Part shown: positions 24,033 to 35,232 of the stretch, one piece after another
Numbering within the stretch: position 1 is the first letter of the stretch
How the letters are laid out: each line of letters starts with the position of its first letter
Source: Ylistrum balloti
Taxonomy: Eukaryota
DNA: 64,000 nt
Direction of reading: 5' to 3'
Assembly (NCBI RefSeq): GCF_031769215.1
Contig: NW_026782404.1
Location: 1 to 64,000, forward strand
Position numbers and translations under genes: made by a program
The notes under the pieces: generated by a model
Databases searched by the model: none
What the model was told of the DNA's origin: nothing
What the model saw: only the letters and a program-made list of their open reading frames with translations

Positions 24033-27000
24033 ATGTCCTATCAAATAAGCAGAGTGGTAAGTGAGTTAATATAAGGCGGTTATCCAACTTATGTTACATA
24101 TATCATACTTGCATACATACGCTATAATGCTTAACAAGTCAAAATTTTAAAAAGTCATGATGAAAATTTGCTATTCATATCTGTTATAACCATCATCAAA
24201 TGTATTGTGTAAGAATAAAACACATAGAAATAAACACGAAAACGTCATCCATTGCGAAAAATAATCACACGTCTACTTTACAATGTTGTTTTAAACAATT
24301 ATAAACACTTCGCATATCTGCTTCGTAATGCTGGGGAATGCGTCATAATGCACATCCTATCGTTACATAAGTTAAGGGTCAGAATTATTCGCATATGACA
24401 AGGATTATACTTTATTTACATGTCCTAAGCTAGAATTAATTACACAACCATTTCATACGTCATTTGAAATTGTAAACATAGTAAATGTTAAAACAAATGC
24501 AACAGCGTTTCTATTACCTTTATCAGCATGTTAATCGGACCAATAAAGTTATTTAGTCTCATACGAAGGTGAGGGAGATGTGTGATATTGACAGAGGACA
24601 TATTTGAAATAGTATGACCCGTTAGCGGTGTTGTCCTGCATTGGAATGCTTGATAATGCGTCAGATAATGAACCGTAGGCGAAAAGTTCCACCACCGTAA
24701 TCCCTTCACTTTAATCAGCAGGAGAATCGATAACCTTAACATTGTATTAAATTCTTCCTCAGTCGAAAGCCCTTAAAATCACTTAAAATGTAACAGGAAG
24801 ATATGGACACGAAAAATATGTTAGGGAAATAATCTAAAGGCAGGAAATAAACTTATTTAAAATACGTGGTCCAATCTGTACAGTATACACAACTGCATAT
24901 GTCAACAAAAGCTAACCTTGTAAAAAGGACAAAATGATATAATTCTAAGTCGTTAATTTAAAGCTTAATGTCGCATCGATACATGTTTTCATGTGTCGCT
25001 GTTATATATTTAAAAAAATACCAACATGTCAACATAATCATAATCCAAACTCTAATTTAATGAAACTAAGCAAAATATAAAAGAAAGAACTACATGGAGA
25101 CTCCTGATAAAAGTACAAGGAGAGTAAGACCAGGTGTTTCGAACGAATAAACGCCATCTGCTTCATCGACAACACTCGCCATATAAACAGGTCAATCCAA
25201 GTTAGTAATATCACTTTCTAAAATAAGAACAAGGTAAACAACCAAAACCAACGGGCAAACTAACGATCATCAAACACGCCTAGCTTCAGATCACACAAAG
25301 AAACAGTATATTTCAATCGTATCATTACGACGACCATAAAACTGCCCCGTATTTGTCATCAGCCTTCATCTTTGAAACCCTGTATTATGAGTTTATTCGT
25401 CAACTTCTTGTAGGAAAATCGCGATAATGGGAACAGAATCTTAAATATCGAATCAACTATGACATGTTAACAACATATGTTGTGGATTCAGGAGTGTTGC
25501 TATTTATACATGAAAAATTCACAAAAACGAAATCATCACGTTTATCAGCTAGGTGGAAAGCTGTCCATGCTGGTTTCATGGTAGGAAAAGATCGAGAAAA
25601 GCGGCTGATGTAGAAGACTTGTGTCGTGTCGTGTTTTTTTATTTCCAGTTCTGTTGGATATATATGATGGACGTTGTCAATAAATTAATTGTTAGTTACA
25701 ATGTCTATCCTACTTGTGCCATAGGGTGGTATGGCGCAAACTCCTTCGCTTGTCCCTGTGTACATTACCAGGTAGTCGGTTTGACGTGGGACATAGACAG
25801 AAGTATAATATATGAGGAAATGTCTATGTAAGGACAATGATAAGGAAGGAAATTATTTAGATAGCACGCTCCTGAATTACATTTTCAGTAATATATTTGT
25901 ATTCATATATCACCTTTAAACCAGTTTGATTTCTGATTTCGTTTGGTGTTTCAAGGTGCCTTTTGGTTGAAATGAAATCTTGTGTACATAAATGACATTT
26001 TACTAACTACTGAGGACGCAGTGACGTTAATATAAAATCCGGTTCAGGCTATTTTAGTTCTTTAATATCAGGGCAAACTTGGTGGATATAACATGTGCCG
26101 TATGTGACTAACTGCAGGAAGGCAGGCAAAGGTTAGGATGATATATAGATAGCTGGTATCTTTACTAAATGATATAGGTCATTTAAACAGAACCTCGTTG
26201 GATTAATTGCTACATTTACCTCAAGTAATAAAGGTGCATAGACTATGTAACTCGTGTAATTATCACTACATTACTGAAGGTACAGATTTCATAGACTATG
26301 TAACTCGTGTAATTATCACCACATTACGGAAGGCATAGAAGTCCTAGACTATATAATGTAATTATCGTTACATAATGTAATTAACTCGTGTAATTTTCAG
26401 TTCATTTATGAAGATACAGAATTCATAGACATTGTAACTCGTGTAATTTTCACTTCATTGATGAAGATACAGCATTCGTAGACTATGTAACTCGTGTAAT
26501 TTTCACTGCATTAATGAAGGTACAGAAGTCATAGACTTTGTAACTCGTGTAATTTTTACTTCATTAATGAAGATACAGAATTCATAGACTATGTAACTCG
26601 TGAAATTATCGCTACAATACTGAATGCACAGAAGTCATAGACTATATGACTCTTGTAATTATCACCTCATTGCTGAAGGTACAGGCGGAGTTAGGTATAA
26701 CATTTAGTATTACATGGATTTTGACAAGATGATCGAATCGGATAGTACTATATCACATGATACTGAACAAACCCTGACCAAGATATCTTCCCAGGTCCCC
26801 ATAAACCCGGGTCTATCTGTAACAAATGGGATATTTATCATACATACTCGGTTATGTGGGAGATATCACTTGCAATGGTATGGGCAGTTTTGTGGCTAGT
26901 TAGACGTAAGGTGACCACTCTCCCTGCTATCGTAGACCACTTGTCGGTCTATTTGTATCTGTCAGGTGGCAGAAGGCAAGGTAATTTATCACTGGGATGG

Positions 27001-30000
27001 TGATTAGAAATTTCTTTTGTGATGAAGTGAAATTCAATTGCAATAATCACGATAAATTAGTTGTCTCCTTGCCATATCTTGGATATCTAACGATATTTTA
27101 AGAAAAATATTCAACAACCCCTAAATATCTTAAAAGCAAAGGTGTTCCTATTAGACAGCTTTCTCAGTATTCACCGAATCAACATATTCTACTGGGCCAA
27201 TGGGACTAATGTCTCATCCACGCCAAATGATACCATTGGTGACGTGTCGGCTTGTACTCGGTGTTCGGTTGATATACAACAGTAAATGTCCCTTACCTTT
27301 ATAACTGTCTGATATGAATTCTATAGCACACCCTGGAAGGTCATGTTTGCTTAGTGTGTTTACACTGTTGTCTACCAATACAGAATACCCGACAAATATC
27401 GCTTCCCATACTCGACAGTAAAAATGAATGTCTATAACTTATCTGCTGCACTAAGCCGTATTGTCTGTAATACACCCCGAACCCAAATAATCATTTTTAC
27501 TGCTATTGACTTGCACTATCATGCTCAATCATGGGAAGACAAGAAACAAATAAAGACAGTACTTCATGTATGATAGATTCGAATTTGTTCACTGTAACTG
27601 ACTGAACATGTAATACTTGATATAACTATAATTGCTGGTTAATTATTCAAAACACCATTGCACTTTCCGGAACAACAACGATCTAGTTGATTCAGGAACA
27701 CTTCAAGCGAAGAATGTAGTGGTTTTTGTTTTTCACTGGATAAGGGTATTTTTTATCTCATACCTATTATGTCCGGTACATACGGTGATCGCCCTGAACC
27801 GTATAAATAGAGATTTTCGTGATCCCACGTCTGTAGTAATCGTTTTGATCCTGTGTTTAAAGTGATCATATCGATTTCGTACCTAAGTGATTTATTGATT
27901 GTCCTGACTAGTATCCATAGAGATAGTTTTGATCCTGTTTCTTAAGTCCTAGACTTATTGCCGTATCCATATACAGTTTGATCCAGTAGTCATATTCTTG
28001 ATTCTGTTTCTGTAATGCTGAAATGCCCTATAAATCCCTATATCTTGATGCAGGAGAAAATTGTGACAAATAGACATCATATTTCTGAAAACAGAGTTAG
28101 GGTCCAATGGAATGTTGGACTCGAGATACGAATATACCACCAGTATTTCTTTGCAACAATCACAATTTCGCATCAGCGTCTGACAATATCATCTAGTTTA
28201 CCCTAAAAATAACGTGCTTTTTTCTACACCTTGACAAGAAAATACAACGGCACAGTTCAAAACAAATCAAACCCGAATAAAATGTTACGAATGTAAAATG
28301 TTGTTACAAAGAGTACAACCCCATGGCTTTTGTTACAGAACCTGCCAGCAACCTACAGGATTCCAAATGGACTCCATGTAGGGAAACAAATCATCATACG
28401 CGGCAGAGTTACCTGGGGCACCGATGTGTAAGTGTTTACAATATTCTCGATATCGTCTTGAATATATCCTATGTGTAACAGAAAATGGATAAAGAAGGTG
28501 AACCATTTTTGGCTTATGCACTGGAATTATAAACTGTTGATAAATGATTGAGGACTGGGATAGCAAAGTAACTGTATTTGGTGAATTTTAGGTTTGCCAT
28601 CAACTTGCAGCAGGAGGAGAACCCCACTGATGGGGAGATCGCCTTCCATTTCAATCCCCGTCCAAGCGCCAACACGTGTGTACGAAATTCCTTCTCCGGG
28701 GATTGGATGGAGGAGGAGACCGACCAGCCCCACTTTCCATTCGACGATGGCATGTCCTTCCTTCTCCGTATCGAAGTTGCTGAAGATGCATTCCGAACTT
28801 ACGTGCACGGCAAACCCTACATCAACTTTGCACACAGGCTTGATTATGGAAACGTCCATTACTTGCATTTGACACCTGGCGTGGAATATTATGACATCAC
28901 ATTCCAGGAGAGATACGTAAGTAAAATTACATACAAACAAGACGCTACTGACAAAAATTACTTGAACTATGTTCGACTCATAAGCATAAATTTCAAAATT
29001 ATCGTCTTTGCTAATTGTTGATTTCCCGTTGCACTTTTTAGAGTTTCAAAGAAAACGACAAGTTGGAATTTTCAGTGATATTTAATTGAACCGAAGTCTT
29101 AAATCAGTATTTCGTGATTGTGTTTCAGAGTCTGCCCTACCGCACAGAAATTCCCGGGAATATGGAAGTCGGCAAAGCTGTTCGTGTGAGGGGAGCTGCT
29201 CAGGACAATGATGGGTTCGTTAAACACTGTAGTAGGCCAATCAATGACAAAGTCAACATTCAAAGAATGTCCCTACTTGTAAAAGACATGTTACGTTCAG
29301 GTTTCGCAACCGTGGAACCGTTATACACTATGAAGAAAATACCGAAAGCACACTAAGGAAATATATCATTACTTTCGAAGTAGCAACATTAAAAAGTCCA
29401 TTATAAACTGTAAAAACAAGATGTATCGGTTACTCACTAACAGGAAGTGTTAGTACTTTGCTAAAATTAGTTATTTTTTGGCAATCAAATATAATAAAAT
29501 CTTTTTCAGTGTTAACAGTTTTAAACAACTATCGCATACTATGATGTGCACATACCATGGATCATTTTACGTTTAGATTTAGCATCAACTTCGGCTGTGA
29601 CTGCGAGAATAATTCGACGGCCTTTCACTTCAATCCTCGCCCGACAGAGGGCGTGGTTATCCGGAACGCCAACCTTGGAGGATGGGGAGATGAAGAGAGA
29701 GATTACGATGCAGAGTTCCCATTTACACCCATGAACTACTTTGACGCAATGTTCATATGTACGGATGACCAGTATGTGGTACGTATACCTACAACGGTCA
29801 AACAGGTGTAACTGCATGTATGTCAGTTTCAGAATGATTTCCCTGAAGTCATAGAGAATCCATTTTCATAAACAAGCCTGAATTTCGCCTGACATTTTTC
29901 ACGTAGATTGATATAATCAGGACAAATTAGAATAATGATTGATTTCAATATAATTCCAACTGTATTTGTACATTAAAAAATACTCGTGTTATAATTTGAT

Positions 30001-33000
30001 GACTGAACAAAAACATGAAAAACGAACACATATATAGAAACATATTACTAAATGCTATGCAGGTCCATGTAAATGACAAGTACTTCACCAACTTCGGACA
30101 CCGCTGTGGAGTTCCAGATTCATCCCACTTCCATATCCAAGGCAATATGGACATCAAAGACGTCGAGTACTACGAACCCTTGGTATGTCAATTAAGTTAT
30201 TATCTGTATTCTTTTCAATTTATCTCTTGATAAAAAATGGACGAAAAATATGAATTTGTCCTTATCTAAAATTTACTGAGTTTTTTGTAATTCTATAATA
30301 TAGGACGACGACTTCGTGAAGGAGATCCCATGCGGACTTGAGAAGGGAGATGTCGTTCTCTTCAGGGGCTTTATGAAGCCAGGTGGTGATACGTAAGTGA
30401 TAGGATAAAGCTCATTCATTACTTCATAATTCATTCCCTCCTTATGTTTTGATTTTGTTTTTTTTTTTTTACAATAATTGATATTCTAACCCGAACGGCA
30501 TATATTTATAAAGTCGTACTTGTTTCACAATAGTCCCTTGTATGATATACTAAATTCTCTAGTTTTTACATTCATTGCTGAACAATTTTAAACATGTATT
30601 TATATATTTTCTTGTTTATAACTGATATTGCACTTTAGAAAATGATTTGATTTGTGAAATTGTAAAGTGGTTACTTACCTTGAAGATGCCCAGATGTTAT
30701 ATGACATTTCAAAAGCTATTTACAGGCTAACGTTCTGTACCGTTGATTTGTAATTCCTAACGAAGTGAAAATAGTATATTCTTTACTATATTTCATACAT
30801 TGTTCACATATACCACTAAAGAACCACAGGACATCAAAATTTAAAGATAACATTTCCCAATTTTCAGCTTCTCGGTGAACCTAATGAACGGACCTTCTGC
30901 CGACGATGACATCGCGTTTCATTTCAACCCCCGTATTGGAGAGGGAGCACTGGTGATGAACTGCCGAATGGGTGACTGGGGAGAGGAAGAGAGAGAAGAC
31001 CTACCTTCCTGCTTCTTAAACAACGAACCATTTGAGATCAAAGTCGTGACAAAGAGCAGGAAATTTAAAGTAAGAAAACTGTCCATTGAAACTCAGTCTC
31101 CAATTTCCTCTCTTTACTTTCGTGCAATCCGTGTATTTTTATTATGTAGGTATGTGAATTGTCAAAATGCTGTCAAATTAGTTATATAATATTTTCACTT
31201 GTAAAATTGTTTAATTCTGTAATTCTGTCTTTAAATAGCTATCGCATTATTGAAATCTTCCTTGTCCACAGCTATACGTAAACGGAAAGAAGTGTGCCAA
31301 ATTTGACGCCAGAGGCCAAGTAGAGGATATCAAAGGTATAAACGTCAGAGGAGATGCCTTCATATACCAGGCTAAGCTTCAGAGGAAAATGGTGAGAACA
31401 AGTGTTACGATATCAGCATCATCGTCGGCATCACTCGCTTGTTCGTTATCAAGATTTGCAGGCTTAATAATGTAGAATTTAACGAAGTATAAACTAAAGA
31501 GAGCACTTGATATAAAGTATGGTTTATATATTATTGTTTTTAAATGGTAACTGCATAAAAAGGGTTTATTTGTGATTATCAGTATCAACAGGTATTACAG
31601 TCAGTAATTGCTTTTGCGATACCATTAATATATACACTGAGGTAGAATACATCTCTATCCAACTGAAACAGTAAGTTTTATCAGTAAAGTTGCCTTATAT
31701 AAAAACCAGAAATATAAGATTCTCACTTTATATACTTATCAGAAATCGTATTTTAGCATTATTATTACATTATTGAATTATTTATTTCTTTGTAAACATA
31801 TATAAATGATAACAGTGGAAACATTTCTGATTAGTAAAAGCATAAGCGTTTTTATATCAAATTTACCTCAGTAGACCTACATGCTTGCCTACCATGTAGG
31901 CTTTCTGAGGTAGCAATACTAATTGTAAAGCATCTAAAGATTTGCTATGGAAGAAGCTCTTATGCTTTGCTAATCAGCAGTGTTTCCCATTATATTATTT
32001 TCTATATATGTACCACACACTGAGAATTTAAACATTCTACTCGATCACATCATCATTCCATTTTTCGATTTTCGGAAAGCAAGATATCACTGACAACCAA
32101 TGGGGATTTATCTCCAATTTCTTGGAAATCTAGCATATATAAAAGCTCACATGAAAATTCTACGTTTTAATTTAGGAAAAGCCAGTAGCAATTGAGAGAA
32201 TTCCTGGTGGTTTCCGTGAAGGCGGATGGGTTGTTGTTCAAGGAATTCCAAAGAAAGGATCCGGAGGGTACGCGTTCTTAAATATTTGAAAATGCATATA
32301 CAACATAAAGATAAGTATCTTCAAAACAAACGACTTTGTTAATAAACTTAGCATGTTCTGCTTTGCCTCCTTGGTGTATGTGTACAGTTCGGATAGTAAT
32401 CGTTTGGTTTGGACTAGGTGTAAAATGAAAAATAAATCTTAGATTTGGCTGTGTCGGAGTCATGGATTATTTTACAAATTACTTTTTTTTCTATTAACGG
32501 AAATTTTAACTATGTTGATGTATCTGAGGTCAATTTTCCACCGACGAGTTTTTTCTGTATTTTTTCATAGTTTCGCAGTAAACTTGACCTGTGGTGACGA
32601 TGACGCAGACGATATAGCCATGCACTTTAACCCCCGACTGGAAGAGAACTGCACCATTAGAAACACGTGTACAGGGGGAGATTGGCAGGGTGAAGAACGG
32701 GATCAACCAAGCTTCCCATTCGAACTTAAGGATACTTTTGAAGTTGCCATCAATGCTCAACCGGATAAGTTTGTCGTAAGTATCCTACTGAAGAAAATAT
32801 AAGTTTTCTGCGAATGTACTTAACAAAACAGAGCATGCTCATTACCACTTAGTTTGATTTTCAATTGTTGTATCACAACCAAATTTGGAAAAAGAGAATA
32901 AGATGATGGAAACAAAAAGGAAATTTGCCATCCTTGGATGAATGGGACAAAGAACAACAGGAAAATATCAACTTGTCAACATAATCATGGTCGAAACTCA

Positions 33001-33405
33001 AATTCAATAAAACTAGGGCAGAATATGAACAAAGTAATATAGTAAACCGAGACTCCGGAAAAATACATTCCGGAAGAGTGCAAGCTTCTTCTGCATCATC
33101 AACAACACCTGGCATGTAAATCTTGGTCACTTCAAGTTATAAACGTCACGTTCTCAGTTGAGAAAAAGGTATGCGGCAACGTTACCAACAGGCAAACAAA
33201 TGAGCATCAAACACATCCAGCTTTATAGAGCACAAAAAATCAGGTATGCGTATGATAATGATCTCTTCCGTTACTTTTTTTTTCTTTCTAGACATACGTC
33301 AATGGCCAGAGGTACATTGAATATGCCCATCGCCTCCCATTGGACAGCGTGTGTCACGTGAAACTGACTGGAGACGCTGACTTCTTTGAGCCAGAGTTCT
33401 TTTAA
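24033..33405 (+). CDS. Quadruple-CRD galectin A, 12 coding exons, 555 aa
   Basis: Exons: 24033-24056 (MSYQISRV), 28339-28427, 28592-28916, 29129-29214, 29577-29778, 30063-30182, 30304-30392, 30868-31069, 31272-31391, 32176-32267, 32571-32775, 33292-33405 (TAA). All are GT-AG and in phase; total 1668 nt. There are four HFNPR...xxN...WxxExR-type galectin CRDs and no signal peptide. The first 8-codon exon is the least certain, but it is mirrored in paralog B. Confidence 0.93.
25090..25720 (-). mobile_element. Decayed Penelope-like retroelement 3' fragment (RT end/thumb plus probable 3' UTR)
   Basis: The minus-strand translation gives FIDNVHHIYPTELEIK, SSTSAAFLDLFL, DKRDDF (25529-25546), VNFSCINSNTPES, LIRYLRFCSHYRDF, NKLIIQGFK and FYGRRND. 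These motifs are collinear with the PLE RT/thumb and are interrupted by stops and frameshifts. Lies in galectin A intron 2. Confidence 0.8.
26237..26685. repeat. Minisatellite, 53-bp unit, about 8 copies
   Basis: CATAGAC-type starts occur at 26237, 26290, 26343, 26424, 26477, 26530, 26583 and 26636 (one 28-bp insertion). The core is TATGTAACTCGTGTAATT, and the unit contains the palindrome TTCATTAATGAA. Confidence 0.93.
27950..28190 (-). mobile_element. Possible decayed non-LTR retrotransposon (RTE-X/CR1-like) post-RT fragment
   Basis: The minus-strand peptide CKEILVV...SNIP...DIGIY...NRIK plus frameshifted YWIKL resembles the FCK.ILGV...T.N....GELG.YP.....R.IKYW.KL segment that follows RT in many invertebrate LINEs. 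Recognised by eye only. Confidence 0.4.
31817..31987. mobile_element. Fold-back / MITE-like inverted-repeat element in galectin A intron
   Basis: The left arm GGAAACATTTCTGATTAGTAAAAGCATAAG (31817-31846) is near-complementary to the right arm CTTATGCTTTGCTAATCAGCAGTGTTTCC (31959-31987). Nested inner stems are TACCTCAG/CTGAGGTA and CCTACATG/CATGTAGG. Confidence 0.55.
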
Positions 33406-33789
33406 AACAATCGTAAGTATACATGTTTTTTAGGTTTTAGAAATGTGTGTATTGTGACATTATTGGATATCAAAAATATTTTTATAACATATAGATCGCT
33501 TCCTTCCTCAGGGATCAAATCTTCAGAAGTACTACCAGTGGGAATAGAACGTGTGGATGAATTGTACATCGAAATAGACATTATTCCTTGGACCAATGAA
33601 TATGGATGGACAACGTCAAATTCTTGTGTTTTAACTTGGCTTCTGAACACAATCGCTTGTGTATATTGGCATAGCAATAGACTTGTACCGTGGATCGTTT
33701 ATACACGCATTATTCAACGTGTGTCTAGTACAATCAGGCTGAAACATTACTACATGTCGTTTTATCTGTGGTCTATAATGTTAAATAAA
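33406..33789 (+). other. Galectin A 3' UTR with a predicted 99-nt intron
   Basis: Donor C|GTAAGT lies 7 nt after the stop (33412/33413). A pyrimidine-rich acceptor TTCCTTCCTCAG ends at 33511, and AATAAA is at 33784-33789. Confidence 0.55.
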
Positions 33790-35232
33790 CATATTCTATA
33801 CATTTCTATCTCTAGATCAATGTGTTGTGGTATTATTTCTATGACCAAACATTAACAGAGAACCCATACACCAACACACTGTTTACCGACTGTGTGACAC
33901 ATGACGGACAGACAGAAGAAAACGTTAGACAGTGCATATGGTAAAATGATTCATTTTCCTCGTTAGCTTTTTTCGTTGATTTACATACTTTCATGAACTG
34001 TTATGGGGTCACGTTTTGTATATTTATCCACGAAATAGAACGTAGACAAAGCGTTTTTGTTTTTTCTTCTTTTTTTTCCAAAAAACACAAAAATTTAATC
34101 CCACAATAACACAGTGTTTTCAAAGCACGGTGTATTTACTCTCAGAAGTCAATCGTGAAAATATACGATGAAAATTTAAACAGGCCCTGTGATCGTACAG
34201 GTAAGCTTTTAAGATCCTGTTTATAACCGTTGCCACACTTGATTTAGTGTTTGGTGGTGAGTAGAACGTCATAACTGAATCCAAAGTCAAAGGATCCGGT
34301 TAAAATATTATCTTAGCGACCATCCTTTACCAAATATTTACATTAACAATTCGAGAAACTGCAATAACGCAGAATACATTGTCCGAGATTCCCCATTGAC
34401 TACATAATTACACAGATGTATTACATATCATCAGCGAATTAACGTAAAATGTTATCTCATGAGTGCGTTCAACGAGATAAACAAGTATAAAATATTTCAG
34501 ACATTCAAGATTATGTAATTGGAAAAGAGAAAGTACATTTTCTATTTCACACAAAAAAAAAAAAAAATTGTTATTGTAACAAGTTATTTGTAACTGCTGC
34601 ATAAACATCATCTCAAATCGGTAATGCGTCAAGAAAAAGGACAGCTTAGTATCACTCAATAATAACCAATAAATACAAAGTAAGATATTATGTATACTAG
34701 TAAATAAATAAGTACTCCGTGATATTGCAACATTATTGTGCGAATATCTATCGTGCGTGGAATGGATTTATTACATACGGTTATATATCGGGTTAATCAC
34801 CGATCTACTTAGTAATGAGTGTCATATATAGGAAAATTTATTCAACATATGTATTCTGTTGTTACTTTTGTTACGGTAGACTTCAAAATATAACGATATC
34901 GATCACGTGCACAGATGTTCATGTTATTCAATGCTTACATCCGAATCAATACAGTAACTAGATGATTAGCGTGCTCAGACATGCTGCTAACAAACAATTC
35001 TAAAATCTATCAAAATTACCTACGATTTGTTTTGTAAAATAACGTCAAGTTATTCATAAAAGGAAATGTAGGCGATAGGTTTTGTATAGAAAACTGGTGT
35101 TGCCGCACTAAAAATAACCATCCAATCCGATCCATACACCTTACACTGCTTGTTTGTATATCTGACAAGACAACACACTTTGTACACCCGAGAGCAGTAC
35201 CCAGGCCAGAGCGCGTTCATCTCACGGACAAC

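Noticed and set aside
28527-28940. Long minus-strand ORFs at 28527-28940 and 37779-38249
   Set aside because: They are antisense shadows of galectin CRD1 exons, with no recognisable motifs or splice structure.
33445-33855. 136-aa ORF downstream of galectin A
   Set aside because: It overlaps the predicted 3' UTR intron and exon, shows no family motif, and begins at a non-ATG codon.
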